A stretch of 64,000 nucleotides of DNA, taken from assembly GCA_013239625.1 (NCBI GenBank), contig MU053810.1, positions 3,297,518-3,361,517 of the forward strand, given 5' to 3'. Below the pieces are notes generated by a model. That model had not been told where the DNA came from and did not search any database. It saw nothing but the letters and a program-made list of their open reading frames with translations. Both the position numbers and the translations under genes were made by a program. Shown here piece by piece: positions 1 through 11,700 of this stretch; within the stretch, counting starts at the first letter, position 1, and each line of letters opens with the position of its first letter. Origin of the DNA: Lama guanicoe (taxonomy: Eukaryota).

Positions 1-59
1 AACACATAATATACTATCTGGCTACAGCAGCCATTCAAAAATTAGTAACAATAAAAACA

Positions 60-290
60 GTGAAAAATATCACTTACTGAATGCTTCCTATGTGTTTCCT
101 ATTCTGAGTGTTATGTGTGTATGTCATTTAATCTTCACAACAATTTTATAAAGTAGGTATTATTATCCCCACTTTACAGTTGAGGGCATGGAGTTAAGTG
201 ACATGCTTAAGGTCACCTGCAAGTCAGTGATGCCACCAGATATGGACCCGACTGTCTAATTTCAGAGGCCATGTGTGTTAGTCACTGCAC
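60..290 (-). mobile_element. MIR SINE
   Basis: Core ttattatccccactttacag...ttaagtgacatgcttaaggtcac. Confidence 0.8.
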
Positions 291-1114
291 ACATGACTCT
301 GGCTCTCCTCAGCCAGACTCTCACCCATGAGTGACAGCTGCTGAAATATGATTTGTAAGCATGCAGAAAAACACAGGTTGTTTCTGACATCCTTTCTGAT
401 AGTCATGGCTTACCCAAATTTGGGAAAATAATTTAAAATATTATACATACTAACTTGTTCAACTTTATGTCTATTCTTAGCTATAAGTAAAGGTAGATTT
501 CATGAAAAAGGCATGACTCCTCAAAGAAAATTCATTCTCTTCCTTCCCAGAATTATCTTTCTGGAAGATATTTGTTCATATTACTTGGTTTGGGTAGGAA
601 CTGAGTTTTCTGGTTTTGGCTTTGTTTTTTGAATGGATAGAAAATATATGTATTCTAATTACATATATGTTTGAAACTTCGTTTGTCATGGTAAAAGAAT
701 GAAAAACATCTACTTGTTGCTACCCAAACCTTTTGAACAGTCTTCTACCCTGGTTGGTTTTCATTGTGGAATGGGAGAGATAGGATGGCCCAGAATTGTG
801 TTGGCACAACATGGCCTGACTCTAAAAGCTGTGTTAGCCAAAAATGTCTTCTGAAAGGCAGCTCCTGGAACTACTGACGGAAGCGTCCACTAACATGACC
901 ACCTTCAACTAAATGTGGTCAGGAGTCTACCCCACTGGGCTTCTTAAAAATAGTCGTGCATGAATATTGACTATCCGAGGGGAGAAATTTGGCCTTAAAG
1001 TTTATGTTTCCTCTCTGATGTCCATTCCTCCACATTACCAGCCATAAAAATATGATCCACTGAGCCCACTAGCATGAAGCACCACAGAAATGAAGAGGAA
1101 ATTAGATTTTATTA

Positions 1115-1611
1115 CAAGCAGACCTCAGAGATACTGCAGGTTCCCTTCCACGCTACTGCAATAAAGCAAAAAACACAAGATAACAAGTCACACAATATTT
1201 TTGTTTTCCCAGTACATATAAAAGTTATGTTTACACTATAGTCTATTAAGTGGGCAATAGCATTATGTCTAAAAAAACAATGTACACACTTTTTAAATTA
1301 AAAAGTACTTCATTGCTAAAAAATGCTAACCGTCATCTGAGCCTTCAAGTCATAGTAGTAACATCAAAGATCACTGATCACAGAACACCGTAACAAATAT
1401 AATGATAATGAATAAGCTTGAAATAATGTGAAAATTACCAAAACATGACACAGAAACATGATGTGAGCAAATGCTGTTCGAAAAAGAGTGCTGATAGACT
1501 TGCTCAATGTAGGGTTGCCACAACCTTCAATTTGTAAAAAATTAAAATTAAAATGAAAAAAATACAGTGTCTGTGGAGTGCAGTAAAGGGCAAGGGAACA
1601 AGGTCTGCTGG
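1115..1611 (-). mobile_element. Tigger1 internal-deletion derivative (TcMar DNA transposon)
   Basis: Both Tigger1 ends present (caagcagacctcagagatactgcagg ... aggtctgctgg), flanked by TA; contains gggttgccacaaccttcaatttgtaaaaaa. Confidence 0.85.
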
Positions 1612-2329
1612 TAACTGAGGGCTTCACTCACCTGCTAACTTGCCAGTCACAAGTTCTGGGTTTTAGTGGCCATGTGCACAAGGGTATAAGACCTTCCTTT
1701 CCTTTCCCAGTTCTGAGTTTGTTAACATCACTTAAATATATATATATTTGGGAGTTATACCATGTATCAAATTCTCAAGGACTCGAGGAAATGTGGAACA
1801 CTTTTTTTTTATTTTTTACAATTAAGAGAATCAGTGAGTTATGACAAAATTGCTTGAATGTACTTAAAAACAGTTCCCCCAAGAGCTGTGCATGAGTGAA
1901 ATAATTATCGCTTTAATATTAACTTAAAAATGTAGAAACTGTTTTTTAAAATTGCTCAGCCACCCCAGTAAGCTTCCCCAGACTGATTCATCTCCCAGTT
2001 TGTCTGGTTTCTTAAGGGATGTGTCTAGACTATACTCGCCAAGATATAGAAAGGAAAATGTTCTAGAATAGAGAACAATCAGTAGCTTAAATTGTATCCA
2101 AAAGATTATTGAACTAAATGATAAACAGTTCATTAAGATAACAATAGGCTAATAGCCCTTTAATATTCTTTGGAACTGAAAAGCTTTAAATATTATGTTG
2201 GAGTTGAAAGATTTGGGGAAATTTTCTAGTAAATTATGTATATATGTGGGAGAAACTATACAAATAATCTGCAATACTTGTGTGATAACATTTCAAATAT
2301 AAGATTTGATATTTTCTATGCAAAAGTAG

Positions 2330-2750
2330 ATTATGATAGGTATATGTAATCGTCAAAACTCACAAAACTGTTAATTGCAGTCTCTGCGTTTCACTATATG
2401 TAAATTATACCTCGAGTTAAATAAATCTTCAAACTCTCAAGGTCATCAAAAACAAGGAAAATCTGAGAAACTGTCACTGCCTAAAGAGACTTGAGGATCA
2501 AACGTAACATGATATCCTGGATGGGATCTAAGAACAGAAAAAAGGAAAATTTAAAAAAAAAATGAATGAAATCCAAATGAAGTATGGAGTTTAGTTAATA
2601 ACATATCAGTACTGGTTCATTAGTTATGACAAATGTACACCAGTGCAAAATGTTAACATTGGGGACACTTGGGGCTGGGTATAGGAAAACTGCCACATTT
2701 CTACAAGCCTAAAACTATTCCAAAATGTAAAAAGCTTATTTTAAAAAATA
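2330..2750 (+). mobile_element. Old L1 (L1MC-like) 3' end fragments
   Basis: tcaaggtcatcaaaaacaaggaaa...ctggatgggatc...aaaactattccaaaa resembles the L1MC 3' UTR. Confidence 0.65.
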
Positions 2751-3574
2751 AAAACAAGCAGGATAAGGGGGTTGGGGGATGGATAACATGGCAGTCACCC
2801 AAGACCCTACTGGAAGGTCAAGAGAATATCAGAATACATTATCTATTTCAAGCAATAAGTGTAAATTAGCCATAAAGAGCAAGTGGGTTTTGTTTTTAAA
2901 TCTACCAGACAACGAATAGATTACCCTTCTAACAGATTTACTTTCCCATGATAAAACTGAAGATTGTTATCATTACTAGATTTTTTTAAAAACTGGGCTA
3001 ATGTTATAAAAGGTTGTATACACGCAAATGACAATGGACAGAATAAACAGTATAGATTTTATTTTCGACGTAGCATATTACTCATTGTAAAATTATCTAG
3101 TGCCACTGTTCCGCCCTGCTTAACTCCACCACCCCTCAGTTACACACACATTCTTTATGTGAGTAAATAGAAAAATTCATTTCGTGCCTGCCAAAACGTT
3201 TTCTTCTCAGGTGTGAGTGCGTGTATATAGGGAGAGTGTGTGTGAAGAAACTCGCTTACAATGCCATCCATGTCTCTGACAAATACGCCTTTATGCTATA
3301 ATCCATAATCATTATAATTAAATCCTGTTCATCTCCCTTTTGATACACAGGGAGTCTTCCTCATTTATTGGTGTCGGTGCTAACCAGCCCTCAGAGCCGA
3401 TCGGGTGGGCTGAGCACAATTGCGGAGCAGTGTCTGATGTCGCCACATCTGGGCCCGGGTGCCGGAGGTGGGGACTGCTTTGGTACCCATAGGATGTAGC
3501 AGGTACCTTCTTCCTTTGTGGCACGCAGCTCCATCGGGAACACCCCTTGCGACGACAAATTCCTCTTCTTTCAG

Positions 3575-3757
3575 TTAACAGTTCTGGGACAGAGCCTGGT
3601 GGAGAGGCCCAGAGCCGACGTAGACTGAGATGAAGATGAGGAAGACCAGGAGTAGGAAGAGGCTGGCTACCGCGGCGGCCACAGCGAAGAGCTCCAGCCG
3701 CAGCGCAGCCTCCCGCAGCCAGGACTCGGGGGCTGTTGCGAGGCGCCGCGTTGCCAT
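3575..3757 (-). CDS. Candidate 60-aa single-pass membrane microprotein: MATRRLATAPESWLREAALRLELFAVAAAVASLFLLLVFLIFISVYVGSGPLHQALSQNC
   Basis: ATG with +4 G; 48 of 60 codons end in G/C; 25-residue uncharged hydrophobic stretch; downstream AATAAA at 3364-3369. No homolog recognised. Confidence 0.45.
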   Translation of the reverse strand: MATRRLATAPESWLREAALRLELFAVAAAVASLFLLLVFLIFISVYVGSGPLHQALSQNC

Positions 3758-3763
3758 GGGAAC
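3750..3763. promoter_or_regulatory. RFX X-box motif GTTGCCATGGGAAC
   Basis: 13/14 match to the palindromic consensus GTTGCCATGGCAAC, inside a CpG island. Confidence 0.6.
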
Positions 3764-3800
3764 CTGGCGTTTATTACAGGAGAATCGACCGCGGGGACGC

Positions 3801-3810
3801 CGCCCCCGCC
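3801..3810 (-). promoter_or_regulatory. EGR/SP GC-box (GGCGGGGGCG)
   Basis: Exact GCGGGGGCG match ~45 nt upstream of the micro-ORF ATG; such motifs are common by chance in CpG islands. Confidence 0.3.
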
Positions 3811-6800
3811 TCCGGAGCTGAGGGACCCTCATCCTCCCCTCCCGCGTCACCCCGGCGGGGAACGCAGAAATCAGACCCGGCGTGAAGGACCCGTTGCAAA
3901 GGCTTCGTAAGCGTTGCCTGGTGGCTGAGCCGGACGCCCAGGGTGGAGGCCCGTGCGGGATCGGTCAGCGCAGTCCCTGCTTCCCCGCCGCTTCGGCGCG
4001 TCCCCAAGGCCTGGGGCGAGATGCGGGGCGCAGAGAGCTCCTTTCGCCTTCTGGGGCTTCGCCGGTGGAGGAACCGCAGCGCAGCGCCCCGCAGGTGGAG
4101 ACAGTCAGAGGCCGGACGTGGGCGTTTTTGCAGAGCAGTCCCAAAGCCAGGCCGCGTTTGCTGCTCCTCGCCCTCACCCTGCAGGCTCTCCAACGGTTGG
4201 GAGGGAGTATAAAGGACATTTACTCCGAGTCCCACTTTTTGGAACATGTCCCTAACACACTGGGAGATAGAAACATATTGCAGGAAGTAATGTTTGGGTA
4301 ATAATAGAGACAACAGGGCTTCCGAAAAGCTCGCTGACCGGAGCCGGGCCGCGGGCTGGACAGGAGGCCCTGCGAGGTGCTGGGCCCAGCCCGGCCGCCT
4401 TCGGGACGCACGGACAGCGGTTCCTGCCGAGCGCGTCCACACCCCGGCCCGGCTTCCACGTTCAAGTAATTAGGAGAAACGCAGAAGGTGGAAGATCCCC
4501 ATTTTACCCACCACATTTTCTCCTCCCGGGTCACTGGCGAAACCCCTGGCTCCAGAGACATCCAGGCTCCACGCCTAGGCCTGAAAAATCCGCCTCCAGG
4601 GAGGGAAGGTCTTGTCGCTCCAGGCTATAAATATTAATAAGCTGAGAGACTTGGGCATAATTATCTCCCTTTAATTGCAACTCAACCAAAAATCCAGCCT
4701 CCTGCCACTCAGGCCGCACTATGTCGGGATTGCTGGGTTTTGGTGTCAAGAGACTCCCTCCACGCAAAGTCGTTCTTTGTACCCGCTGCCCAACATGGAA
4801 ACCATATGCTGCGCCTCTCCGCGTGTTAAAATCACCCTCGGAGAGATTGGAGCTGACGCCCCTTCGCTTTTCATTCGCTCGCGGGCATCGCCGCCTCGTG
4901 CGACCTATTTCTCTCCCCGCCACCAGGGGACCCCGCCTTCATCTGCCCTTCCCCGGGACCTCAAGCTAAGCAGCAACAGTTTGAGGGGTTGGACCAAGGA
5001 GGGCGACCCCTGGAGAGGGTGGGATTCGCTCCGGGTTTGACCCGAAGGCACCTGTGGCGGCCTCGGCCCGGGGCGAGCCCTGCGGGCAGCACAAGGGCTC
5101 GGCCCCGCTGCGCCCAGGCGAGCAGCCCAGCGGCCCCTCAGCAGCCGGGACGCTCGCGGTCGCGGGCCCGGCCTACCTGGTGCCCCGCGGCGTCCGGCTG
5201 CCTCTGCCCCGCCAGCCGGCTCCTTCCTGGAGGGCTCCTCCTTGTGCTCCTAAGGAGGCTCATGCGGTGGAGAAGGGGCATCGGCTGCGGGGGGCTGCTG
5301 TTTGGTGGCGCAGCACGCACTCCTCTGGGTCGGAGGTAGGAGTTGAGGACAAGGGCTATTGCCATTCGCCGCACGTTCTCGCATCGCGCCACCAAAGCTG
5401 AGAACTGGGGTTTCGGCGCTACGCCCCGATACCCAGCCCTGTGCTGCAGGCTTGCAGGCGGCGGGGCGCTGGGAGTCGCCAGGAAAGCCCCGGAGTGAGG
5501 GTCCCGCCTCCGCGCCCGCTGGCTCCTAAGTCCCAGGCCCACACTCCGGCCCGTGCCTCCGTTGAGTGTCCTGGGAGTTCGTGGAGGACAAAGGAGGCCC
5601 CTCCTCGCTCACAAGGCTCGAGAACCAGGCATGGGAGGGGGCTCTGGCGGGACCTAAAGGCCCTGGGGCGCGTGGGAAGCCCAACCGCGTTGCCGGGTCG
5701 GGAGCACGCACCGCCCATCCTCGCCTCGAGAAGGCCCAGCCATCTGCGCGCGGACCGGGTGCCTCAGATTTCTAAAGCACCATCAAAGGTCAAGAGGAGC
5801 TGCCGAATTATTTCTTGTCCATTTATTTCTGTTTACCCGAGGAGGTACGTGCCAACAAGGAGCTGCGCATGACAGAGGTGCTGTCCACATCTTAGCGAGT
5901 ATTAAGATCATTTGAAAATATTCATGGTGATTTACTCCATACATTCCCATTTAAATTGCATCAAGAGGAAAGTTTAAAATGCAAAATAAGGATTTAGGTA
6001 AAGCACCCACAGCAGTTAAGTTAAAAACGCTGACTTATCAGATCCAATTAAAAGCCACTCACTACTTGTATGTGCTCTCCCACCGGAAGTGTCAATTTCT
6101 GTAACCTGTAGTGGTCACTGAGTTTCATAAATGTTAACTGCCATGATGAAATGTCACTGAAATGACAAAAAGAAATCGACCTCAGAGGTCAGATGCTTGG
6201 ACTGTAACTATGTGAATTGTAGGCAGTTTCTCCAAATCACTCCAGAGGCGAGATCAGCTTTTTTGCTGACCAAATTAATTTCCTGTAACATTAACATAGG
6301 CTCCAGGCTCTGGCAGCAAGTAGTAACTGAGGCCCAGAGTTGGGGAGGGTCCGTTTTTGGTGGTCAGGACAGGGGGTCACTGCTACCACTGTTAGCTCTG
6401 TGGTTTTGTGTCTTCCCCTCTGTGTCTCCACCATACAGCACCCTGGTCACCTGTATGGGAGGAGGTGGTGATGAGAACTTGAGCTGCCGGACAATCGGAG
6501 CGGGCAGCAGTGGGCATCTGGACAGGAATGGGTTTCATTTATTATTATTCCTGCACCCAGCAGGTGTTGAGTAAATGTTAGAAGATGCAGACCTACACGA
6601 AGACAAATTGGGTTGGCCTTCTCTAAAGAGAAATTCAGCTTGAGCTGCCTGATTTAGAATTAAGCCTAGAGGCCACAAGGTGTGGCATTCTTTCTATCTT
6701 GAATTTTCTTCCTGCCGTGGTGGGTGGAGACAGGCAGTGTGGGAGATGGGCAGCTACGAGGACCTCCTGTCTCTTAGAGCCCAGCAAGGCATCTGGAAGT

Positions 6801-8189
6801 CTGCTAGTGGGAGTATCTCTCGGATTGACTTGGAAACATCTCCTCCAAGAAGGGTTTCACAAGGCTGAGATGAGCATTCAGAAGTTGTTCTTTGCTAATG
6901 ATAGTCTTGGGATCTCTCTCTCTCTCTCTCTCTCAACCCCATCCCCCCCACCACCACTACAAATCTGCCCTTTGTATTTTGTGTTAAATGTTTTAGCTTG
7001 ATAAAGATCAAAGTCACGTACCAGCTTGTCTCTCCAGAACCCTACACACAACCTCAAGTCTTCTCTGGCAGTAAAAGTCTGGAAGCTGCTTTTAAATTCT
7101 GGCTAAGCCTCACCCCGTTCCTCCTGGGATGATGCAACACTAGCATAGGGCCCGGAAAGCCGCTGGGTCTGTCACCAGCCGGCTAAGTCTGGCCTCTAGG
7201 TGCCAGACCGGACCAAACAAGAGCAGTGTTGAGTGATCCTCCCTCAACTGGAGCTGTGACAGGAATCACAACAAAACACCTTCCGTTTTTTCAGGCTTTG
7301 AAGCTGTAATATCCTTGTTGGCTCCTTACAGCAACTCTTTACATCTGCATTCACAAATGAAGAACCTGAAGCCCAGAGAGGTTAAGTGCTTGGGCCAAGG
7401 TCACGGGGAGAGAAAGGGGGTCTGACATGGGGCCCTTGCTACCACACCTGTCACTTTAAAGTCAGCAGTAGACATTATGAACGCTAACAGTAATTTACTC
7501 TGGAATTCAAATTGCATCTCTGCTCTGTTTGGCAAACACATTTCTTAACTAAAGAGGGACGAGTGAGTGCCTAACAAGAAACTGGGTGCAGAGCCAAAGA
7601 ACAAGTGGGAGCCAGCCCTTTCCATGGCCTTCCAGCTGGAGGACGTTCCCCGAGTAAGCTGAAGCCCTTTCTTGCTGAGACAGCGGTAGGACATGGCATT
7701 CCCCCCAGGTGGTGATGGGTCCCCTTGCGTCTCCTCTTCCCTTCCTCTGTCCGTGGACACAGGCCCAGGCAACTGGCCTTGATCATCAGTGAAGGCCAAG
7801 GACTGGACTTTTTCTCCTCAGAAGCTGCAGGGTGTGACATTTATTAGCACTAGACATTCAACAACCTCAGACCTGTAATGCCTCTTGAATTTTACATCAC
7901 ATAGACACCCAGACACACCCGCCATTCATGGTCCTGAACACCCAGTCTAATCGACATCTCTGACCTGGTTAGGTCATGAGAAAATGAGACTGGGATCTAG
8001 AAGAGTTGAATGAAGTCTTCCTCTTTTTTGCTTGGATCTTTGTGTTTGTTCCTTAGAGTTGCTCATGTCTTCAGCCTAGTGGCATGGAAAATAATGGAAC
8101 TAGCATTTGAAGATTTTTGTGAACTACTTATAAATATATGAAAATTACAGCTCAGCTGTTGTTCCCCAAAGTGGTGATGGTGATGAGAG

Positions 8190-8400
8190 CTGTTACCTAT
8201 GAGCATTTACTCATTACCTGGCAACTGTGCTAAGCACTTGACATGTACTGACTCATTTCACCTTCATGACATCCCTACGGGGTAGTGACTATGACAAGAT
8301 CCACTTTACCGGCAAGAGAACTGAGGCACAGAGCTGTTCTGTAATAGTGCTGGTAAACAGCAGAGTCAAGATCTGACTAAATTTTGCTCACCAGTACATT
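8190..8400 (-). mobile_element. MIR SINE
   Basis: gagcatttactc...gtgctaagcacttgaca...aactgaggcacagag. Confidence 0.75.
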
Positions 8401-9427
8401 AGTTCAAGCCATCAATCAATCACTCATGTGGTCATTCATGCCAAGTAGCTTCATTTGGACAGTAAGTCTTCACTATCTGAGAAAGAACACATTTCAAGTT
8501 TTTTTTTTTTTTCCTGTCCCTCCTCCCTGATCCTTACACCTTCCACCTTGGAGTTGAGATTCCTGTGGTTGAACCTGGAGGAAAATGGGTTGATTTGTTG
8601 CCATTCATTCCTCTTGTAACCTGACTATGTCCCAAATGGCTCTGAATCGAGCTGGGCTGAAGTGTTCGAAGAAAATACGTGTTATCCACCATTCAATGCC
8701 TGGTGTGCTGTAGGTGAGTGACAATAGTGTCTTTTACACAACTGTGTGTTTTTAGCCTACAAAGCATATTCACACACAGTCTCTTATTTTAGATGTTTCC
8801 TCTTGGCACTTGGCACCTTATCTTGAAATATGGAATGGAAGGTTGGCTCCCTTGTTGAAAAGATCCTAGGCCAGGCTGGCCTGCCCCACATAGAAGCCAG
8901 TGACTTGCTGTGCCTCCAGAAAGAGAAACATGTAAATGTGCCGGACTCGGGATCAAAAGGAGGCAGTCTTACCCAGACACTTCCTCCAGAGTTTTCTCTT
9001 CATTACAGCTCATTCTGATTGCTCACATTTCAACGTGTTTTCCCTAAATTGTTCTTATCCTGTCCCCACAAATCAGAGTTTGGAAACCCTGCTCTCTGAG
9101 GGCTAACCCACCGCGTGGCTAGAGATGCTCTGTTGCCTCTTCTGTCCAACAACCCATCCTGCTCTTGGGTGATGTTTAGCCCAGAGACTGAATCCAGGAT
9201 GTCACGGTAATTTCTCCAGAATGGGAATGTGTGTGCGTGTGTGTGTGTGTTTAAATCAGACATCTTTTTTCTCTTTCCTTCCTTTTCCTCTGTCTTTGGC
9301 AAGGAAGTGGGACAGCCCACATATAGTTTTCTTCTGGAGATGAGTTAGGTCCACGTGGGCATGTGCCCTTTGCTGTCTGTTCTGTTAGGACCACTTACGG
9401 CTTTCTGACCTTCTGCTGCCGTTTTTG

Positions 9428-9660
9428 CAGGCTGGGACTAGGGGGGAGGCGAGTGAGGTGTGTGCCTTGTGCACAAAGTTTCTGGAGGTGCCAAAAACCT
9501 CAGTAATCAAGATAAGTATTTTAATGCAATATTTTAAAAAAAAAATCAACATCAACACAAAAAATTCTACAGTGAACAAATAACAAAATTTTTTTCAATA
9601 AAAACAGTATGACTGATACCTCCTTTTGCCTCAAGCTTCAGTAAGATTGTCATAGCACTG
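9428..9660. mobile_element. hAT-type MITE, MER96B-like
   Basis: gggactagggggaggcgagtgagg...ccaaaaacctcagtaatcaagataag...ttttaatgcaatatttt. Confidence 0.55.
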
Positions 9661-11269
9661 CTGTCTTATTTATTTTTCTCTTAAACTGGAGGAAATGAGA
9701 GAGGGAGCAGGAATAAAGCTAACTGAAATCGATGTAATAAACTACAGAAACTAGACGTGAACAAGACGAAAGCACTGAAACCAAGAAAGAGAGAGGGAAT
9801 GAGAGGGCATGGCTAGATTACTATATACATCGCTTTTTATCAATGCCAATGAAAGACTTTCAGAGAACTGTTTGACTCTCAAGCTATCATCTTGTTTCAG
9901 TAATTATTAAACACCTTGCTATAGTTCAGAATCTTTTAAATACATGTGTGTATTTCCACTAGTCTTACAGACACATTTTTTAGTGACAGTACTCTATTTT
10001 TAGAGTGCTTCTTTATTTTCAAAGCTTTTTTATTTTTTGGTGTATTATTTCATTTATTCTTCTCACATTGAAAGAGTTAGACGGGGCATGTTATCCTTTC
10101 TCAGAAAAAAATGAGTAGGTGGGATTGGGGAAGAAAAGAAAAACCTGTTTTCTGGGTACCAGGCATTGAGCTACATGTTTTATGTGTGTTTTCTTATTTA
10201 TTTCCCAGATAACTCAGCTCCTCTTTACAGATCAAGAAACTGAAATCCAGGCAGACTGGTTAATTAGCTAGTAATATTCTCAGTATATTTATTTCCTAAA
10301 AAGCATATTGTATCATTGTTCTCTTGTTTTTGGTTGTTAGTAAAACTTTTGAAAGGCTAATTAGACCAAGAAGTTATAGTCTAATAGCTCCAAATGATGT
10401 ATAGCTCTGTAATTTTTTAATGTCTCCATATTTAGTCAAAGTAACAAGATTTTCTCTTTGTTTATTCTGAATATATCTATCTATGCGACACATGTAGAAT
10501 AAGTCAACTTCTTAAGTGCTAGTTTGGTAGAAATGCAGAGACTCTCTTAAAGTAGAAATATTTTGAATTAAGTAATTAAGTAAATGATTGGTTAGAAAAG
10601 TGATTTAGTCTTTTTTTCTTCTACAAAGTACATTTGGTTTAATATGCCAAGTATGTGCTAAAGTGTGGAATCATTCTTGTGTGGCCTGATTTTGGTGCAC
10701 AATTTAATTTTTATAAATAGAAGTGTAGCAATATTAAAATCACATTTAATTAACCACAATCCCCCTACCCATATACAACTGTTTTATTTTTGAACAATGC
10801 ATTCGCATGAAGAATTTCAATCAGTAAGCATATTACTTTACATTTTATAAAGTATATTATTGTATAAACATCTCATGATTTCTGTAGACTTCAAACTAAG
10901 AAAATGGCTGTGAAAATTGTTTTACTGATTTACCATAATGTATTAAACCATGCCTTGGAAAATGAAAGAGTAGCTTGTTTCAACTTTACTTTTTGGTCTT
11001 TAATTGATAATGATATTGTAGTCTGCCACTTTTTAAGCACTATATTGTCAATTTAAAAGTATATAAGGTTTCACTTCAGGCTTCCAGAAGCCCCAGAAGA
11101 TGGGTTTTATTAATCTTGTTCCACAGACTTGGAAGCTGAGGCATTGAGTGGTGGTGGCAGACACAGGAAGGTGCTGAGCTGGGGTCCCGAGTCAGCTCAC
11201 AGTGCCCTCCCCTGATGGGCTCTCAGTTACTCTGTGACAATCGAGGCTGCCACACCTCTACCTTTAGCC

Positions 11270-11700
11270 TTTTTACTAATCAATTTCCAGGGAAGAAAAA
11301 AATCTCTACGGCTCTTCCTCAATCCAGTCATATTGCTCTCTGAAGGGGTTGCAATTGTATATAACTCTTCCAGCAATGAAGAAAGAGAACCAGTCTCACC
11401 TTTGCCTTGATAACGTTGGATGTTGTTATTACTTTAAAAAGATGCTACTCAAGCAGGTGTAAAATTGCATCCTGGGTTTGTTCCAATGTATATTTCTTTG
11501 ATTGCAAATGAGAACAGATATATTTTTTAAACATTTGCTCCTTTGTCTTTCCTCTTAGATGTAAATTGTGGTTAATATACTTTTTATGTATTGGAGTCAA
11601 TATTTTTCTTATGAATTTGAATGATCTCTTTCTGTTTTATACATGATAATCTTGTCTTTCAGAGCTGGTTAAAATATTGTTCTAGCCTGTGGCTGACTTT
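11270..11700 (-). mobile_element. Degenerate L1ME-like fragment
   Basis: Antisense L1 ORF2 3' end-like text (cttccagcaatg...tatttctttgattgcaaatgag). Confidence 0.5.

Larger units (their letters stand above)
3400..5800. promoter_or_regulatory. CpG island (~2.4 kb) with no recognised host gene
   Basis: Very high GC and CpG density against AT-rich flanks; GC boxes; TATAAA at 4208-4213 and 4626-4631. Confidence 0.9.

Noticed and set aside
3617..3700. Assigning the microprotein to the sarcolipin/phospholamban (regulin) family because of 'RLELF'
   Set aside because: Only a 3-residue resemblance and the LFxxF motif is absent; family assignment is unsupported without a profile search.
3774..5872. 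Many overlapping 80-222 aa ORFs on both strands of the CpG island
   Set aside because: Arg/Pro/Gly/Ala-rich, mostly non-ATG starts and no recognisable domain; expected from stop-codon scarcity in GC-rich DNA.
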